A DNA stretch of 64,000 nucleotides, taken from assembly GCA_053919585.1 (NCBI GenBank), contig CM132808.1. One strand, 5' to 3'. Of this stretch, positions 1 through 13,359 are shown in pieces (position 1 is the first letter of the stretch; every line of letters begins with the position of its first letter). The notes under the pieces were generated by a model, which saw nothing but the letters and a program-made list of their open reading frames with translations, was not told the origin of the DNA and did not search any database. A program made the translations under genes and the position numbers. The DNA comes from Euprymna scolopes (lineage: Eukaryota).

Positions 1-3000
1 TCAGTATCACATTAAGTATTACATACAGTATTACATAAGTATTACATTCAGTATTACATGTAGTATTACATGCAGTATTACATTCAGTATTACATTCAGT
101 ATTACATACAGTATTACATACAGTATTACATTCAGTATTGCATGCAGTATTACATACAGTATTATATTCAGTATTACATGCAGTATTACATGCAGTATAA
201 TAAAGTATAACATGCAGTATTACATTCGGTATTACATCCAGTATTACGTACAGTATTACATGCAGTACTACATACAGTATTACATTCAGTATTACATTCA
301 ATATTGCATACAGTATAACATACAGTATTACATTCAGTATTACATACAGTAGTACATTCAGTATTACATTCAGTATTATATACAGTCTTACATACAGCAT
401 TACATGCAGAATTACATGCATTATTACATACAGTATTACATGCAGCATTACATGCAATATTACATACAGTATTACATACAGTATTACATTCAGTATTACA
501 TGCAGTATTACATACAGTATTACATGCTATATTAAATGCAGGATTACATACAGTATTACATTCAGTATTACATGCAGTATGACATACTGTATTACATACA
601 GTATTACATGCAGTATTACATTCAGTATAACATACAGTATTACATACAGTATTACATTCAGTATTACATGTAGTATTACATGCAGTATTACATTCAGTAT
701 ATTACAGTATTACATTCAGTATTACATGCAGTATTACATACAGTATTACATACAGTATTACATTCAGTATCACATACAGTATTACATTCAGCATTATATG
801 CAGTATTACATGCAGTATTACATTCAGTATTACATTCAGTATTACATGCAGTATTACATACAGTATTACATTCAGTATTACATGCAGCATTACATTCAGT
901 ATTACATACAGTATTACATACAGCATTACATTTGGTATTACATGCAGCATTACATGCAATATTACATACAGTATTACATACAGTATTACATTCAATATTA
1001 TATGCAGTATTACATACAGTATTACATTCAGTATTACATGAAGCATTACATGCAGTATTACATTCAGTATTACATGCAGTATTTCATACAGTATTACATA
1101 CAGTATTACATTCAGTATTGCATGCAGTATTACATACAGTATTACATTCAGTATTACATGCAGTATTACATGCAGTATAATACAGTATAACATGCAGTAT
1201 TACATTCGGCATTACATGCAGTATTACATACAGTATTACATGCAGTACTACATACAGTATTACATTCAGAATTACATACAGTATTACATACATTATTAAA
1301 TACAGGATTACATACAGTATTACATTCAGTATTACATGCAGTATTACATTCAGTATCACATTCAGTATTACATACAGTATTACATAAGTATTACATTCAG
1401 TATTACATGTAGTATTACATGCAGTATTACATTCAGTATTACATTCAGTATTACATACAGTATTACATACAGTATTACATTCAGTATTGCATGCAGTATT
1501 ACATACAGTATTATATTCAGTATTACATGCAGTATTACATGCAGTATAATACAGTATAACATGCAGTATTACATTCGGTATTACATGCAGTATTACATAC
1601 AGTATTACATGCAGTACTACATACAGTATTACATTCAGTATTACATTCAATACTGCATACAGTATAACATACAGTATTACATTCAGTATTACATACAGTA
1701 GTACATTCAGTATTACATTCAGTATTATATACAGTCTTACATAAAGCATTACATGCAGAATTACATGCAGTATTACATACAGTATTACATACAGTATTAC
1801 ATTCAGCATCACATACAGTATTACATTCAGCATTATATGCAGTATTACATGCAGTATTACATTCAGTATTACATGCAGTATGACATTCAGTGTTACATGC
1901 AGTATTACATACAGTATTACATACAGTATTACATTCAGTATTACATGCAGTATTACATTCAGTATTACATACAGTATTACATACAGTATTATATGCAGTA
2001 TTACATACAGTATTACATTCAGTATTACATTCAGTATTATATGCAGTATTACATTCAGTATTACATTCAGCATTACATACAGTATTACATTCAGAAGTAT
2101 ATTCAGTATAACATGCAGTATTTCATACAGTATTACATACAGTATTACATTCATTATTGCATGCAGTATTACATGCAGTATAATATAGTATAACATGCAG
2201 TATTACATTCGGTATTACATGCAGTATTACATACAGTATTACATGCAGTACTACATACAGTATTACATTCAGTATTACATACAGTATTACATACATTATT
2301 AAATACAGGATTACATACAGTATTACATTCAGTATTACATGCAGTATTACATACAGTATTACATACAGTATTACATTCAGTATTACATTCAGTATTACAT
2401 ACAGTATTACATACAGTATTACATTCAGTATTACATGTATTATTACATGCAGTATTACATTCAGTATTACATTCAGTATTACATACAGTATTACATACAG
2501 TATTACATTCAGTATTACATGTAGTATTACATGCAGTATTACATACAGTATTACATTCAGTATTACATGCAGTATTACATACATTATTACATACAGTATT
2601 ACATACAGTGTTACATTCAGTATCACATACAGTATTACATTCAGCATTATATGCAGTATTACATGCAGTATTACATTCAGTATTACATGCAGTATGACAT
2701 TCAGTATTACATGCAGTATTACATACAGTATTACATACAGTATTACATTCAGTATTACATGCAGTATTACATTCAGTATTACATTCAGTATTATATTCAG
2801 CATTACATTCAGTATTACATGCAGCATTACATACAGTATTACATTCAGTATTATATGCAGTATTACATACAGTATTACATTCAGTATTACATGCAGTATT
2901 ATATTCAGTATTACATTCAGTATTACATACAGTATTTCATTTAGCATTACATGCAGTATCGCATGCCGTATAACATGCAGTATTACATACAGTATTACAT

Positions 3001-3925
3001 ACAGTATTACATTCAGTATTACATGCAGTATTATATTCAGTATTACATTCAGTATTACATACAGTATTTCATTCAGCATTACATGCAGTATCGCATGCCG
3101 TATAACATGCAGTATTACATACAGTATTACATACAGTATTACATTCAGTATTACATGCAGTATTACATACCGTATTACATTCAGTATTACATGCAGCATT
3201 ACATTCAGTATTACATTCAATATTATATGCAGTATTACATACAGTATTACATTCAGTATTACATGCAGTATTACATTCAGTATTACATGCAGTATTACAT
3301 ACAGTATTACATACAGTATTACATACAGTATTACATTCAGTATTACATTCAGTATTACATGCAGTATTACATACAGTATTACATACACTATTACATACAG
3401 TATTACATTCAGTATTACATGCAGTATTACATACAGTATTACATTCAGTATAATACAGTATTACATGCAGCATTACATGCAGTATTACATTCAGTATAAT
3501 ACAGTATTACATGCAGTATTACATGTAGTATTACATGCAGTATAATACAGTATTACATACAGTATTACATGCAGTATTACATACAGTATTACATACAGTA
3601 TTACATACAGTATTACATTCAGTATTACATTCAGTATTACATACAGTATTATATGCAGTATTACATGCAGCATTACATGCAGTATTACATACAGTATTAC
3701 ATGCATTATAATACAGTATTACATGCATTATAATACATTATTACATGTAGTATTACATACAGTATTACATTAAGTATTACATTCAATATTATATGCAGTA
3801 TTACATACAGTATTACATGCAGTATAATATAGTATTACATGCAGTATAATACAGTATTACATGCATTATAATACATTATTACATGTAGTATTACATACAG
3901 TATTACATTCAGTATTACATACAAT
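1..3925. repeat. 12-bp satellite (CAGTATTACAT[A/T/G])n with higher-order structure; continues off the left edge
   Basis: Hundreds of tandem 12-mers with one variable position, plus occasional 10-bp variants (cagtataata). Blocks recur, e.g. the segment at 31-213 recurs at 1380-1562. Confidence 0.98.
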
Positions 3926-4036
3926 ATTTCATTATATAGGAAAGTTTGGTTTCACAACACTCCCCTTCTAAGATTTTTTTAAGAAAAAGGAAAAAAAGGG
4001 AAAAAATAAAACTCTTAATACTTTTCTTTTTTACAG

Positions 4037-4048
4037 ATCTGTGCTTTG
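4037..4048 (+). CDS. Candidate 12-nt microexon of the NELL-like gene (xAT CTG TGC TTT G; phase 1-1)
   Basis: Strong pyrimidine tract and acceptor cttttcttttttacag, then ATCTGTGCTTTG, then consensus donor gtgagt. The phase matches the phase-1 start of exon 11023, giving x-L-C-F-G-C-I-Y-E-G. Confidence 0.6.
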
Positions 4049-4843
4049 GTGAGTGTTGTTTTTTTGTAGCTGTTTATGGATAACAATGTTTCATATACCT
4101 CTCAATAAAACAAAATACATGTTTTAATCGAATCTAAGTCAGAAATCATAACAGCCTAATTAAATCGTGTTTAATGCCCGTAGCTCTTTTCATTACTTAA
4201 ACTTTTATCCGTAATCATATCCATGGAAGGGGCTATGTTCTCACCAGTGATCAAAATCTCACAATAGTACAAGGAAAAGAATAACGTTTAAAGAAAACGT
4301 CATTTATCAAAATGTTGATGTCTCCTTCTTTTCTGCTAGAGAGGGAGGACAGTCCAGACTACGGACATAAGGAGAAGTTTGCTTCTAAAATTTGCATTCC
4401 ATCCTAAATTATACTTAACGACTGCTCCTAAACTTCTAACGAAATGGCCTACCTCTGTCTTTGACTTCTATTGACATCACCTCGGCTTCTGACTATGATG
4501 GTTGAGGTGGCATTTAACTGCGTACTTGCTGACGCGATGATCCCAGTTCCCAGTGTACGTGTTAACATTCGCTTGTGACTCTAAATCATCAAATAAATGC
4601 TATCAAATGTACTCAGTATTATTAATAGTAGGAATAACAAGACTTTTGAGCCATACTGAAAACTTTCTAAATGAATCTTAGAATAAGTAAACAAATGCAT
4701 GTTTATATTTGATGATAAGGCTTTCAGACGACCGCGCATTAAATGCAACTGTCTTTATTGCCTATATTTATCAAATTTTCAACTTTCTTTAATATTTTTC
4801 TGGGTTGTCGCCATTTTATGTGCGAAATAATGAGATTGAACTC

Positions 4844-5192
4844 TGAAGTGTTCCTGGTTTAGGACAACAAAATTAAAGAAATAAAAAAAAAGAATTCGTC
4901 TTTGCAAGCCAACAACCGCCGCGTTTGAGATCACCATTGTCACCAACCTTCGTCTGTCCGCTTTTTCCCCCGACCTAACCTGTCAACTCCTTTTATACAT
5001 GTCTCCCGCGTGATTTCCCATGATTGCGCGTGACTTCCACCAGAGCACACCTTTTAAAACTATGGGCGCCATCTTGATTTCTCTCTCTCTTTCGCCCAAC
5101 CTCACCCGACACACACGCGGTAAGACTTTTGTTCGTTTCATCTGTTTTTCCCTTTCGTTTTCTCTTTTTCTTTCTGCTAATTTTAAGCAACA
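4844..5192 (-). repeat. 3' LTR of element A
   Basis: Runs tgaagtgttcc...ttaagcaaca and is highly similar to 10624-10968. A purine-rich PPT-like tract is adjacent on the minus strand (agagattaggaaggca). Confidence 0.9.
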
Positions 5193-6215
5193 TGCCTTCC
5201 TAATCTCTGGATCACATTTCATAATCCCTGATCTACTGTGGCAGTCGTCGTTCCCTACTTGGTCTCTGAAGTGTCTCGCCATCATCTCGCTGCACATCGC
5301 TTTCCACCGTTTCATTTTCCACTGGCCTGATATCAAGAATATGCCTCGATACTCCACAATGTTGTTGCTAGTATTATTCCCGGTTATGCGCCCTCTGCTC
5401 AACTATTTGGTACATCACCGAGTTTGATGGCCCCTGTTGTCTCCGTCTCCCTGCTTTCTGGCTCAATCCTATGATGCCTCTAGGAGTATATGAATATTGA
5501 CAGGTGTGGAACTGTCCCTTGCTCTTGCCCCTATCTAGGCGAAATGTTGTACCAATAAACCGCTTGCTCAGGCGAGGCGTTCCCTCTCTCTGCCACTGCC
5601 TTTATTGCTCGGTGTTTTTTTTCTACAATCCCGTTGCCACAGGGTCTATAAGCAGCTCTAAAGAATTGATGGACATTCCATTTCTTTAGTACATCCGCAA
5701 CTGCTGCCAATCTAAAGCAGTACCATTGTCGGTTAGATGCTCCTCCACCAACACTACGTCAAGGGCTGCTGCTGTGTTTCACCTCGCAGCCTTTTTCATA
5801 GGGCAAATCGCTCGGGGCCACAGTCGATCATTGTCATGTTAAGCCCACCCTTGTAATGGGTGACATCAACTGAGAGTCTTTCCCAGGTCCCAGTCACACC
5901 TAGTTCTCCAGCTTTATGCGCCCTTGAAGCAGGGTCAATTGTCTGACACTTGTCACAAGTCCTAACCACTTGCTTCACTTGTCCTTTGGGACACTCGGAT
6001 CAACTTTTCTCACCAGGTGCAATGTCCTCTCTACTCCCATATGATGCAGATAATGCAACTCTCGAAACCCAGAGCTATCCAGATGAGTCACTGCAGCAAT
6101 ATGGTCTTTTGTTGGCACAAGCCAGCTTCTTCTCACTCTTTTGAGAGCATCCGCTTTGTTCTTCTCAGAGGCAATGATTACGCACGGCTTCAAAGAAAAC
6201 TCCTGCATCAGCTCA

Positions 6216-8581
6216 AACAAGATCGATGATGAGGGGAGGTTCTGTCATGATTTCTCCATTGCTTATGACCTAACTCAGATTGTTCACGAATCCACCCGGG
6301 TGCCCGACAATGACGGCCAGTATGCGAGTCTACTAGACCTTTTTCTCACAACTTGCCCTGAACTATGTTCAGTTTCTGTTCTGTCTCCTCTTGGATCTTC
6401 CGACCACTCTGTTGTATCAATTAATATAAAAATGAAATGTAATATGTCCCCAGACGTACCTATCCATTATACAGTATATCGATACACTAAGGCTGACTTG
6501 GATAGCTTCTGTACATTTATATCGGATCTACCTCTGCGTTCCATGTTTAAAAAGGATGTGTCCTCTATAGTATCAGACCTGACGGAATGGTTAATTGTAG
6601 GTATAGACCGTTTCATACCATCGAAAATGTTCCAGCAAAAACCTAACAGCCAGCCATGGTTCTCTCCAGAATGTTCTGCTGCCACTGCGCACAGAAATCA
6701 CTTTTTCCACTGCTTCCGACGTAATAAATGTATGGAAACTAAAGCCGCTTTTAGGACTGCCAGCAACCATTGTAAGAAAGTAATAAAGAACGCAAGAGAG
6801 GTGTATGCTCAGTCCGTCAAGTCCAAAGTAGCTGAGCAGCGGCTTGGTTCCCACCAGTTTTGGCAAATGGCAAACAGAACAGAAGCATGTGCTCTATCCC
6901 AACTATCATCAATGGACCTGAGATAATCTCATCAGCATCAGACAAAGCCAAACTCTTTGCCAAGAACTTTGCAGCCAATTTTACCCTTTGCCAAACTAAT
7001 AAAAAACCTTGGTTCCAGTAAAGCAACAGGCCCTGACGGTATTCCAATTATAGTACTCAAAAAACTTCAATGAGAACTAGCACCCATACTTACAAAACTG
7101 TTTAAACGTTGTCTTAAGGAGAATTGCTTCCCATCACCCTGGAAAATCTCATTAGTATGCCCTGTATCTAAGAATTCAGGTGATCGCTCATCTGTGCGTC
7201 ATGAGTAAGTTGCTGGAATCTGTGTTAAATACAGAAGCAATCAACCATCTCAACAAAAATAACCTTCTTAGTGACACTCAATATGGTTTCCGTTCTGCTA
7301 GATCTACAGCAGATGTGCTTACAGTCATATCTCATAGGATTAGCAAATCTCTCGACGGAGGCAACCTTTCTAGGGCAATTACTCTTGACATATCAAATGC
7401 CTTTGATAGGGTATGACATAAAGATTTACTTCACAAAATCTCCAGCTATGGTATAGCTGGAAAAGTCTTCTCAATTATTAAATCATTTCTTTCTGATTTC
7501 TGAGGTTCATAAGTGTAATAGTTGAGGGGCAAAAATCAGAAGCCCACAGTATTAATGCTGGAGCCCCTCAGGAGTCCATTCTGGGCCCAACTCTTTTCCT
7601 GATCTACAATGATAATCTTCCAAATCACATCCTTACATCATTTGTAGACATTCATGCTGATGACACTACCATTTATGGTAGCACATCTAAGACAGTAAAC
7701 GACCAAGTTCTCTCCGATTCTCTCTCCTCTGATCTTGAGCACGTAGTACAATGGGGAAAGGAGTGGCTGGTTACTTTTAATGCATCTAAAACCAAGCTTC
7801 TCTCTTTACATCATCAACATTCTGATCCACATCTGGCATCAATTGAAATGAATGTCTCTCGTTTTCAGGAGGCCTCAAGTTTTGACAAACTTCTGACCTT
7901 ACCGTTACTCCTGATCTTAAATGGAACACGTACATCAAATCTGTTGCCAAGGCCGCTGGAAAAATGGTGGGATCTTTCTATCGATCCAGTAGATATCTTA
8001 CTGCTGATGCAATTCTCTATCTATATAAGAGCCAGGTACGTCCAAGGATGGAATACTGTTGCTACATCTAGGCAGGAGCTGCTAGAAAGAACTTGCACTT
8101 CCTTTATAGAGTTCAAAATAGACTTCGTAGTCTCGTAGGAGATGTCCTTTTCTCTTCCTTGCAACCTCTATCTCACAGAAGAGATGTTGCGAGTTTGTCT
8201 CTGATGTATCGTTATTTTCATGGAAAGTGTTCGACTGAGCTTCAGTCTATGGTCCCCCCTCGCCAAACTTTTACAAGAAACACTATCAATAATTCCCCCC
8301 ACTCTTTATCTGTGCCTAAACCTTAACGTAGATTCCATGATCAAAGCTTCTTTCTTAGAACTGCACGCCTGTGGAATTGTCTTCCGTTTTCCTGCTCTCC
8401 GGCTGACTATAATATGGTTGTCTTCAAGTCTAACGTAAACAAGTTCTTGATGAGCCGTTCCATATAAGTTAACAAATTTACCGAATTACTATATTGTCCA
8501 ATTTCTACTGTACACTCTTTAACCCTTATCCTCGAGTGGCCTCTTGGCCTTGATAATTGGGTGATGCCTGTGTAAAAAAAA
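6216..8581 (+). mobile_element. 5'-truncated CR1-group LINE (APE C-terminal part + RT) inserted in the RNase H/integrase region of element A
   Basis: Motifs SLLDLFLTTCP, PLGSSDH, QYGFRSARSTAD, HADDTT, LQPLSHRRDVASL and an A-rich tail. Flanked by the 6-bp duplication AGCTCA (6210-6215 and 8582-8587). Removing it restores element A pol (..GMLAELMQEFSL..). Confidence 0.93.
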
Positions 8582-10611
8582 AGCTCAGCCAGCATCCCGA
8601 GCTTGCGATTCACTAGCATCTCTGCTGTCCCTTTGTCCTTATCCTTTTTTCGTGTGAAATCATCGATTTCAGCCAAACAAACACAGTGGCAGACTCTGTT
8701 TTCACACAGATGTTGTGTAGTCCCCATTTTAAGGCCAGATTCACTCCTTTGGTAACTGCATCCAATTCTGCTACATTGATGTGGCTAGCATCACTTTTCT
8801 TCCATAGCCAGGCCGCATCCTCTGCAACTACTCCACCCACTTCCAAGACAACCCTTTTTTCAATACTGCTTGCATCACACCACACGACTCCATCCAGTGT
8901 TCGCGGCACGTTCCACATTCCCCGAACTGGGTCTTACTTTTCCACTTCTTTCAGGACCTCTTCAATCAAAGCAGTCGTTCTTCCTCCCACTCTATCATCC
9001 CATCTTCTACCTTCGGCATACCTCTTGATGTAGCTGCATGCTGGTCTAAGCCAACCGGCAATGGGGTAATGCCCAATCAGCCTGCCGAATATCGAAAAAA
9101 GCTCCCGCTTGTTAAGCTCTTCTTTCATTTATAGGATCTAGTTTCCCATTCGAAATTCCAGACCACCCGACGCATTTCGTCTTTGCTTTAGTACCAAAGC
9201 CGCTCTCTCATTCAATTCTTCCGGTGCCTTGGCGACCAACCCAGACTTCTTCAAGTGAACCACGACCAATGAACCAATGAAACTCTGGTGACTACAGTCA
9301 CCAGAGTTTCATTCACGAGGATGTCGTCGATATATGAACTCACGGCGCCATTTCCCTTCCCCATTTTTTCTAGAATCTTCCTTAGAATGGTTGACATGAT
9401 TTTGGATGCCGAGTTCAGCCCAAACCCCACCCTCGTAAAACAGTAGGTTCTGCCTTTATATCAGACCAACTGGTACTTCCAGAGTTTCGTGGCAGTGCGG
9501 AGTTGCAAATAGGCAGATTTTAGATCGACCAACTTAGAGGCACCGTTCATTTGCCTCCATTCTCTGATGGTCTCAATGCATATATCTATAACGCCCCCCT
9601 CAGTATGGCACTCGACGTGTCGGTCCAATTCTCGGAAATCTAATACTGGTCTGACCTTTCCTTTTGTTGGCTGCAGAACGGCCATTAATGGCAAGATGCC
9701 CGATTCGACGTCATTTGTCTACGGTAACAGTATTCCCTCCTCGATCCATCTGTCCATTTCTGGTTCAAAATCCTTTCTTGCTCCTCCTTTGGACGAGTTA
9801 TCGTAACATGCCACCCTTTTTGTTAACGTAGCTGGTTCATTCTTCCATGCCCACTCCACTGTCCACTGATTTTCATCGAATTCCACTCTAAAATCCGCGC
9901 CATTATTCCCAAGTCGGGGCAGCTGCTGGCGCTTCGGCTCCCCTTTGACAGTTTCCCGGACTCTTACAGTTAACTGCCATGTGACCACTCTGATTACACC
10001 TGTATCCCACGGTCCTTACCAAGAACTTCCTCTAGTTTCTCTGCAGATGCGGCCCCCACATTCAAAACATGTGTCTTGCGGTCTCGGGCGGCTTTTGCTC
10101 TTACCCTTCCATGCTGGTGCCACCGTTCCTTAGGCCCCAGAGGGTTGGGTGTTCACTAATATTCTTGCAGTTGGGAGCAGATCGGTCACCTCCAAAGTCT
10201 CGATGCCTGGAACCTGCTGCAGTTTCTTAGAAATCCCATCCGGGAACTCGGTAACGAATGCCATCATTGCTACGTGATTTGCAACCTGTCTCCGAATTCC
10301 TGCCAGTTCCACCAATCGTTCGACTTAATTTGCATACACATCGACGTCCACCTCTTCTCTTTTAATTTGTTGTACGCCTCAAACGGTCCTTCCGCAAATG
10401 CCTGGATCAATCTAGCTATGATCATCTCAGCGTCCTCCTGTTCACGGGAGCTCAGCTCCAAATATAGGGCTAGTGCGTCACCCTCCAGGAACAACGGTGT
10501 CACTGTGGTAACGTTGCCGATCTTTTGGAGCTTTGCCACTAGGTCCACTAAGGCACCACATCGCCTTCGCCACTGAACGGCTTTATCATGTTGTTCAGGC
10601 CGGTAGCCATC

Positions 10612-10623
10612 GCCGAAATAGCT
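10612..10623 (-). promoter_or_regulatory. Primer-binding site of element A, complementary to tRNA-Phe nt 1-12
   Basis: The plus strand reads GCCGAAATAGCT directly abutting the TG of the 5' LTR. The identical 12-mer occupies the same position in element C. Confidence 0.85.
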
Positions 10624-10968
10624 TGAAGTGTTCCTGATTTAGGACAACAAAATTAAAGAAATAAAAAAAAGAATTCGTCTTTGCAAGCCAACAACCGCCG
10701 AGTTTGAGATCACCACTGTCACCAACCTTCGTCTGTCTGCTTCTTTTCCTCGACCTAACCTGTCAACTCCTTTTATACATGCCCCCCGCGTGATTTCGCG
10801 TGACTTCCACCAGAGCACACCTTTTAAAACTATGGGCGCCATCTTGATTTCTCTCTCTCTTTCGCCCAACCTCACCCGACACACACGCGGTAAGACCTTT
10901 GTTCGTTTGATCTGGGAGGGGGGGGGTCATTTCTTTTTCTCCTTTCCTCCTGTTAACTTTAAACAACA
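10624..10968 (-). repeat. 5' LTR of element A
   Basis: Copy of 4844-5192 with a diverged U3 end. Contains CAAGATGGCG and TATAAAAG on the minus strand. Confidence 0.9.
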
Positions 10969-11022
10969 ATGTAGATTAAAATAAACAATTTAACTTGAGA
11001 AATGGACATTCTATCATTTCAG

Positions 11023-11105
11023 GTTGTATATATGAAGGGTATTACCATGGAAACAATACGAATTGGATATCTGAATTAGACATGTGCACTCAATGCACAT
11101 GCACA
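11023..11105 (+). CDS. NELL: NELL1/2-like (protein kinase C-binding protein NELL) exon, VWC domain start
   Basis: tttcag|...|gtaagt. Encodes CIYEGYYHGNNTNWISELDMCTQCTCT, matching the cysteine/tryptophan pattern of the NELL C-terminal VWC region. Confidence 0.9.
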
Positions 11106-12605
11106 GTAAGTATTTATTCCTTTTCCTTTTTCATTTCACAAAATCTCATGATAATAATTCAAATACAACATAACCCTACTCGGCAGAAAACCCCGTGACG
11201 CCAACACCGGTGGTTATCACGGTAAGTGGCAGTGAATAACTTGAGTGGATTGAAAAGCCTGAGGAGGGATAACATTATCTGGAGCTCGACTGGAAGCGAT
11301 AGAGAATATTAGTGGATTATTGAGGAGGCTTCCTGTCACTCATATTACAGGGGAAAATAGTAGCCATGACCCGCGAAGAATCACTAGTGACAATTGACAG
11401 GGGAATACGCTGTGAATTGCAAAGGAGAATTGTAGAGATATGATGATATTTACCATTAGCCAAACCCCAGAGAAAAACCTCAGATAAACCCGTTACTTTT
11501 TATCAACGAAATATCACTTATAACGACTAACGTAATAATAATAATGCTAATATGTATAATAATACGCTAATCAGTTTATTTTCGTATGTTTCGTATATCA
11601 CTTTTCGGTATCATTAAAAATTAGATCGTCCAATCAAGGATAGTGATTGGTGATTAATATGGTGTCGTTAATGTAGACAATTCTAAATAATTTTTTCTGC
11701 AGATTACTGGGTATCACCACTCTATCGTTATACAAAAGAACATCGTCGCAAAGTGAAAAAAACTTCCGGTATGTTAGGATCTTTATTTTAGATGTTATTC
11801 TTTGTGGTTTCTTAAAACTATCTTTTAGAGCCCATTGTTTTATGTCTGCAAGTGTGACTGCGAGCTATCTTATAGTATATGCGATCACATCTTTATTTCG
11901 CAGTTGTGATGATTGAATTTTCGAATACTTTGGTGTTCTTTGGAACAAGTCAGGATAACCTGTCGACATTACATATTTTTAGAAGACAGGTACTCACTTT
12001 TGAAATTGTAGTTTAATAATTTTTTACTCAAATATCAACACGGGTTCGTTATCCGTCTGTAACGTAAACCTTCAAAACTTATGTCTAATGTCGCTTTCTC
12101 AATCTAGCAGTGTTGTTATTCCGCAGGTTGTAATGATCGAGATGCATGCACAATGGTTTTCTTTGTTCTGGTTGGTAGTATGCTCTGATACCATGAAAGC
12201 TAGTGTCGCTTACTCATTGCGCTAGATCTTGTGATTATGAGAGAGAGAGAGAGAGGGAGAGAGAGAGAAAGACGAAAGTGACTCACTTGACATTCTGGTG
12301 TCCAACTCCAGGTTCTATCTTTCTTAAGAAGTTCATTGAGAAGGGCCCCTAAATTATGCATATTTTAATAAATATTTGGTAAAACTTTGTCAAACCAAGA
12401 AAGCCTTGTAGAGCTTGAACATTATCCGTGGGAGAGGTATGTCAGTATTCGTCTGTCGACTGTCTGTATTGATTATATGCCCCAAATATTTTTATTTCTT
12501 AAAGAAAAAAATCACATTTCGCTTCTATAACGTAAAACCCGAATTCTTGAAGTTTATCGAAGACGCACAAAATATGCTTCCTGTGCTCAATCACAGATTT
12601 GATGT

Positions 12606-13261
12606 TATATTAGTATATATTGTTAAATATTATATTAGTATGTGTCGTTAAATATGATATTAGTATGTGTCGTCAAATATTATATTAGTATGTATCATAA
12701 AATATTATCTTAGTGTGTATCGTTAAATATTATATTAGTATGTATCATTAAATATTATATTAATATGTGTCGTCAAATATTATATTAGTATATATCGTTA
12801 AATATTATATTAGTGTGTATCGTTAAATAATATATTAGTATATACCGTCAAATGTTATATTAGTATGTATCGTCAAATATTATATTAGTATGTGTCGTTA
12901 AATATTATATTAGTATGTGTCGTCAAATATTATGTTAGTATGTATCGTTAGATATTATATTAGTGTGTATCGTTAAATATTATATTAGTATGTATCGTCA
13001 AATGTTATATTAGTATGTACCGTCAAATATTATATTAGTATGTATCGTTAAATATTATATTAGTATGTATCTTTAAATATTATATTAGTATGTGCCGTCA
13101 AATATTATATTAGTATGTATCGTTAGATATTATATTAGTATGTGTCGTTAAATATTATATTAGTATGTACCGTGAAATATTATGTTAGGATGTATCGTCA
13201 AATATTAGTATGTATCGTCAATTATTAGTACGTATCGTCAAATATTTATTAGTATATATCG

Positions 13262-13314
<53 letters not shown>

Positions 13315-13341
13315 TATGTATCGTTAAATATTATATTAGTA
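12606..13341. repeat. 25-bp minisatellite (aaatattatattagtatgtatcgtt)n, left part, with embedded (TA)n
   Basis: Directly visible tandem units; the array resumes at 16104. Confidence 0.95.
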
Positions 13342-13359
13342 ATTGTCAAATATCCAATA

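Larger units (their letters stand above)
4844..10968 (-). mobile_element. LTR retroelement A (gag-RT-RH-IN; degenerate, protease apparently deleted, interrupted by a LINE)
   Basis: Paired TG..CA LTRs at 4844-5192 and 10624-10968. Minus-strand remnants: gag (PLFLEGDALALY), RT (KVRPVLDFREL, DLKSAYLQ), RNase H (WCDASS, HINVAELD) and integrase (CDKCQTIDP, SVDVTHY). No matching TSD seen (actc vs atgt). Confidence 0.93.

Noticed and set aside
31-3728. Long ORFs (QYYI/VILH/SITC repeats) as proteins
   Set aside because: They are by-products of a stop-free 12-bp satellite that is open in several frames on both strands.
1-3925. CRISPR-like or information-coding array
   Set aside because: No unique spacers, a eukaryotic context, and variation explained by tandem amplification.
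6141-6926. 261-aa ORF as a host gene
   Set aside because: It is a chimera of antisense element A sequence and LINE endonuclease region.
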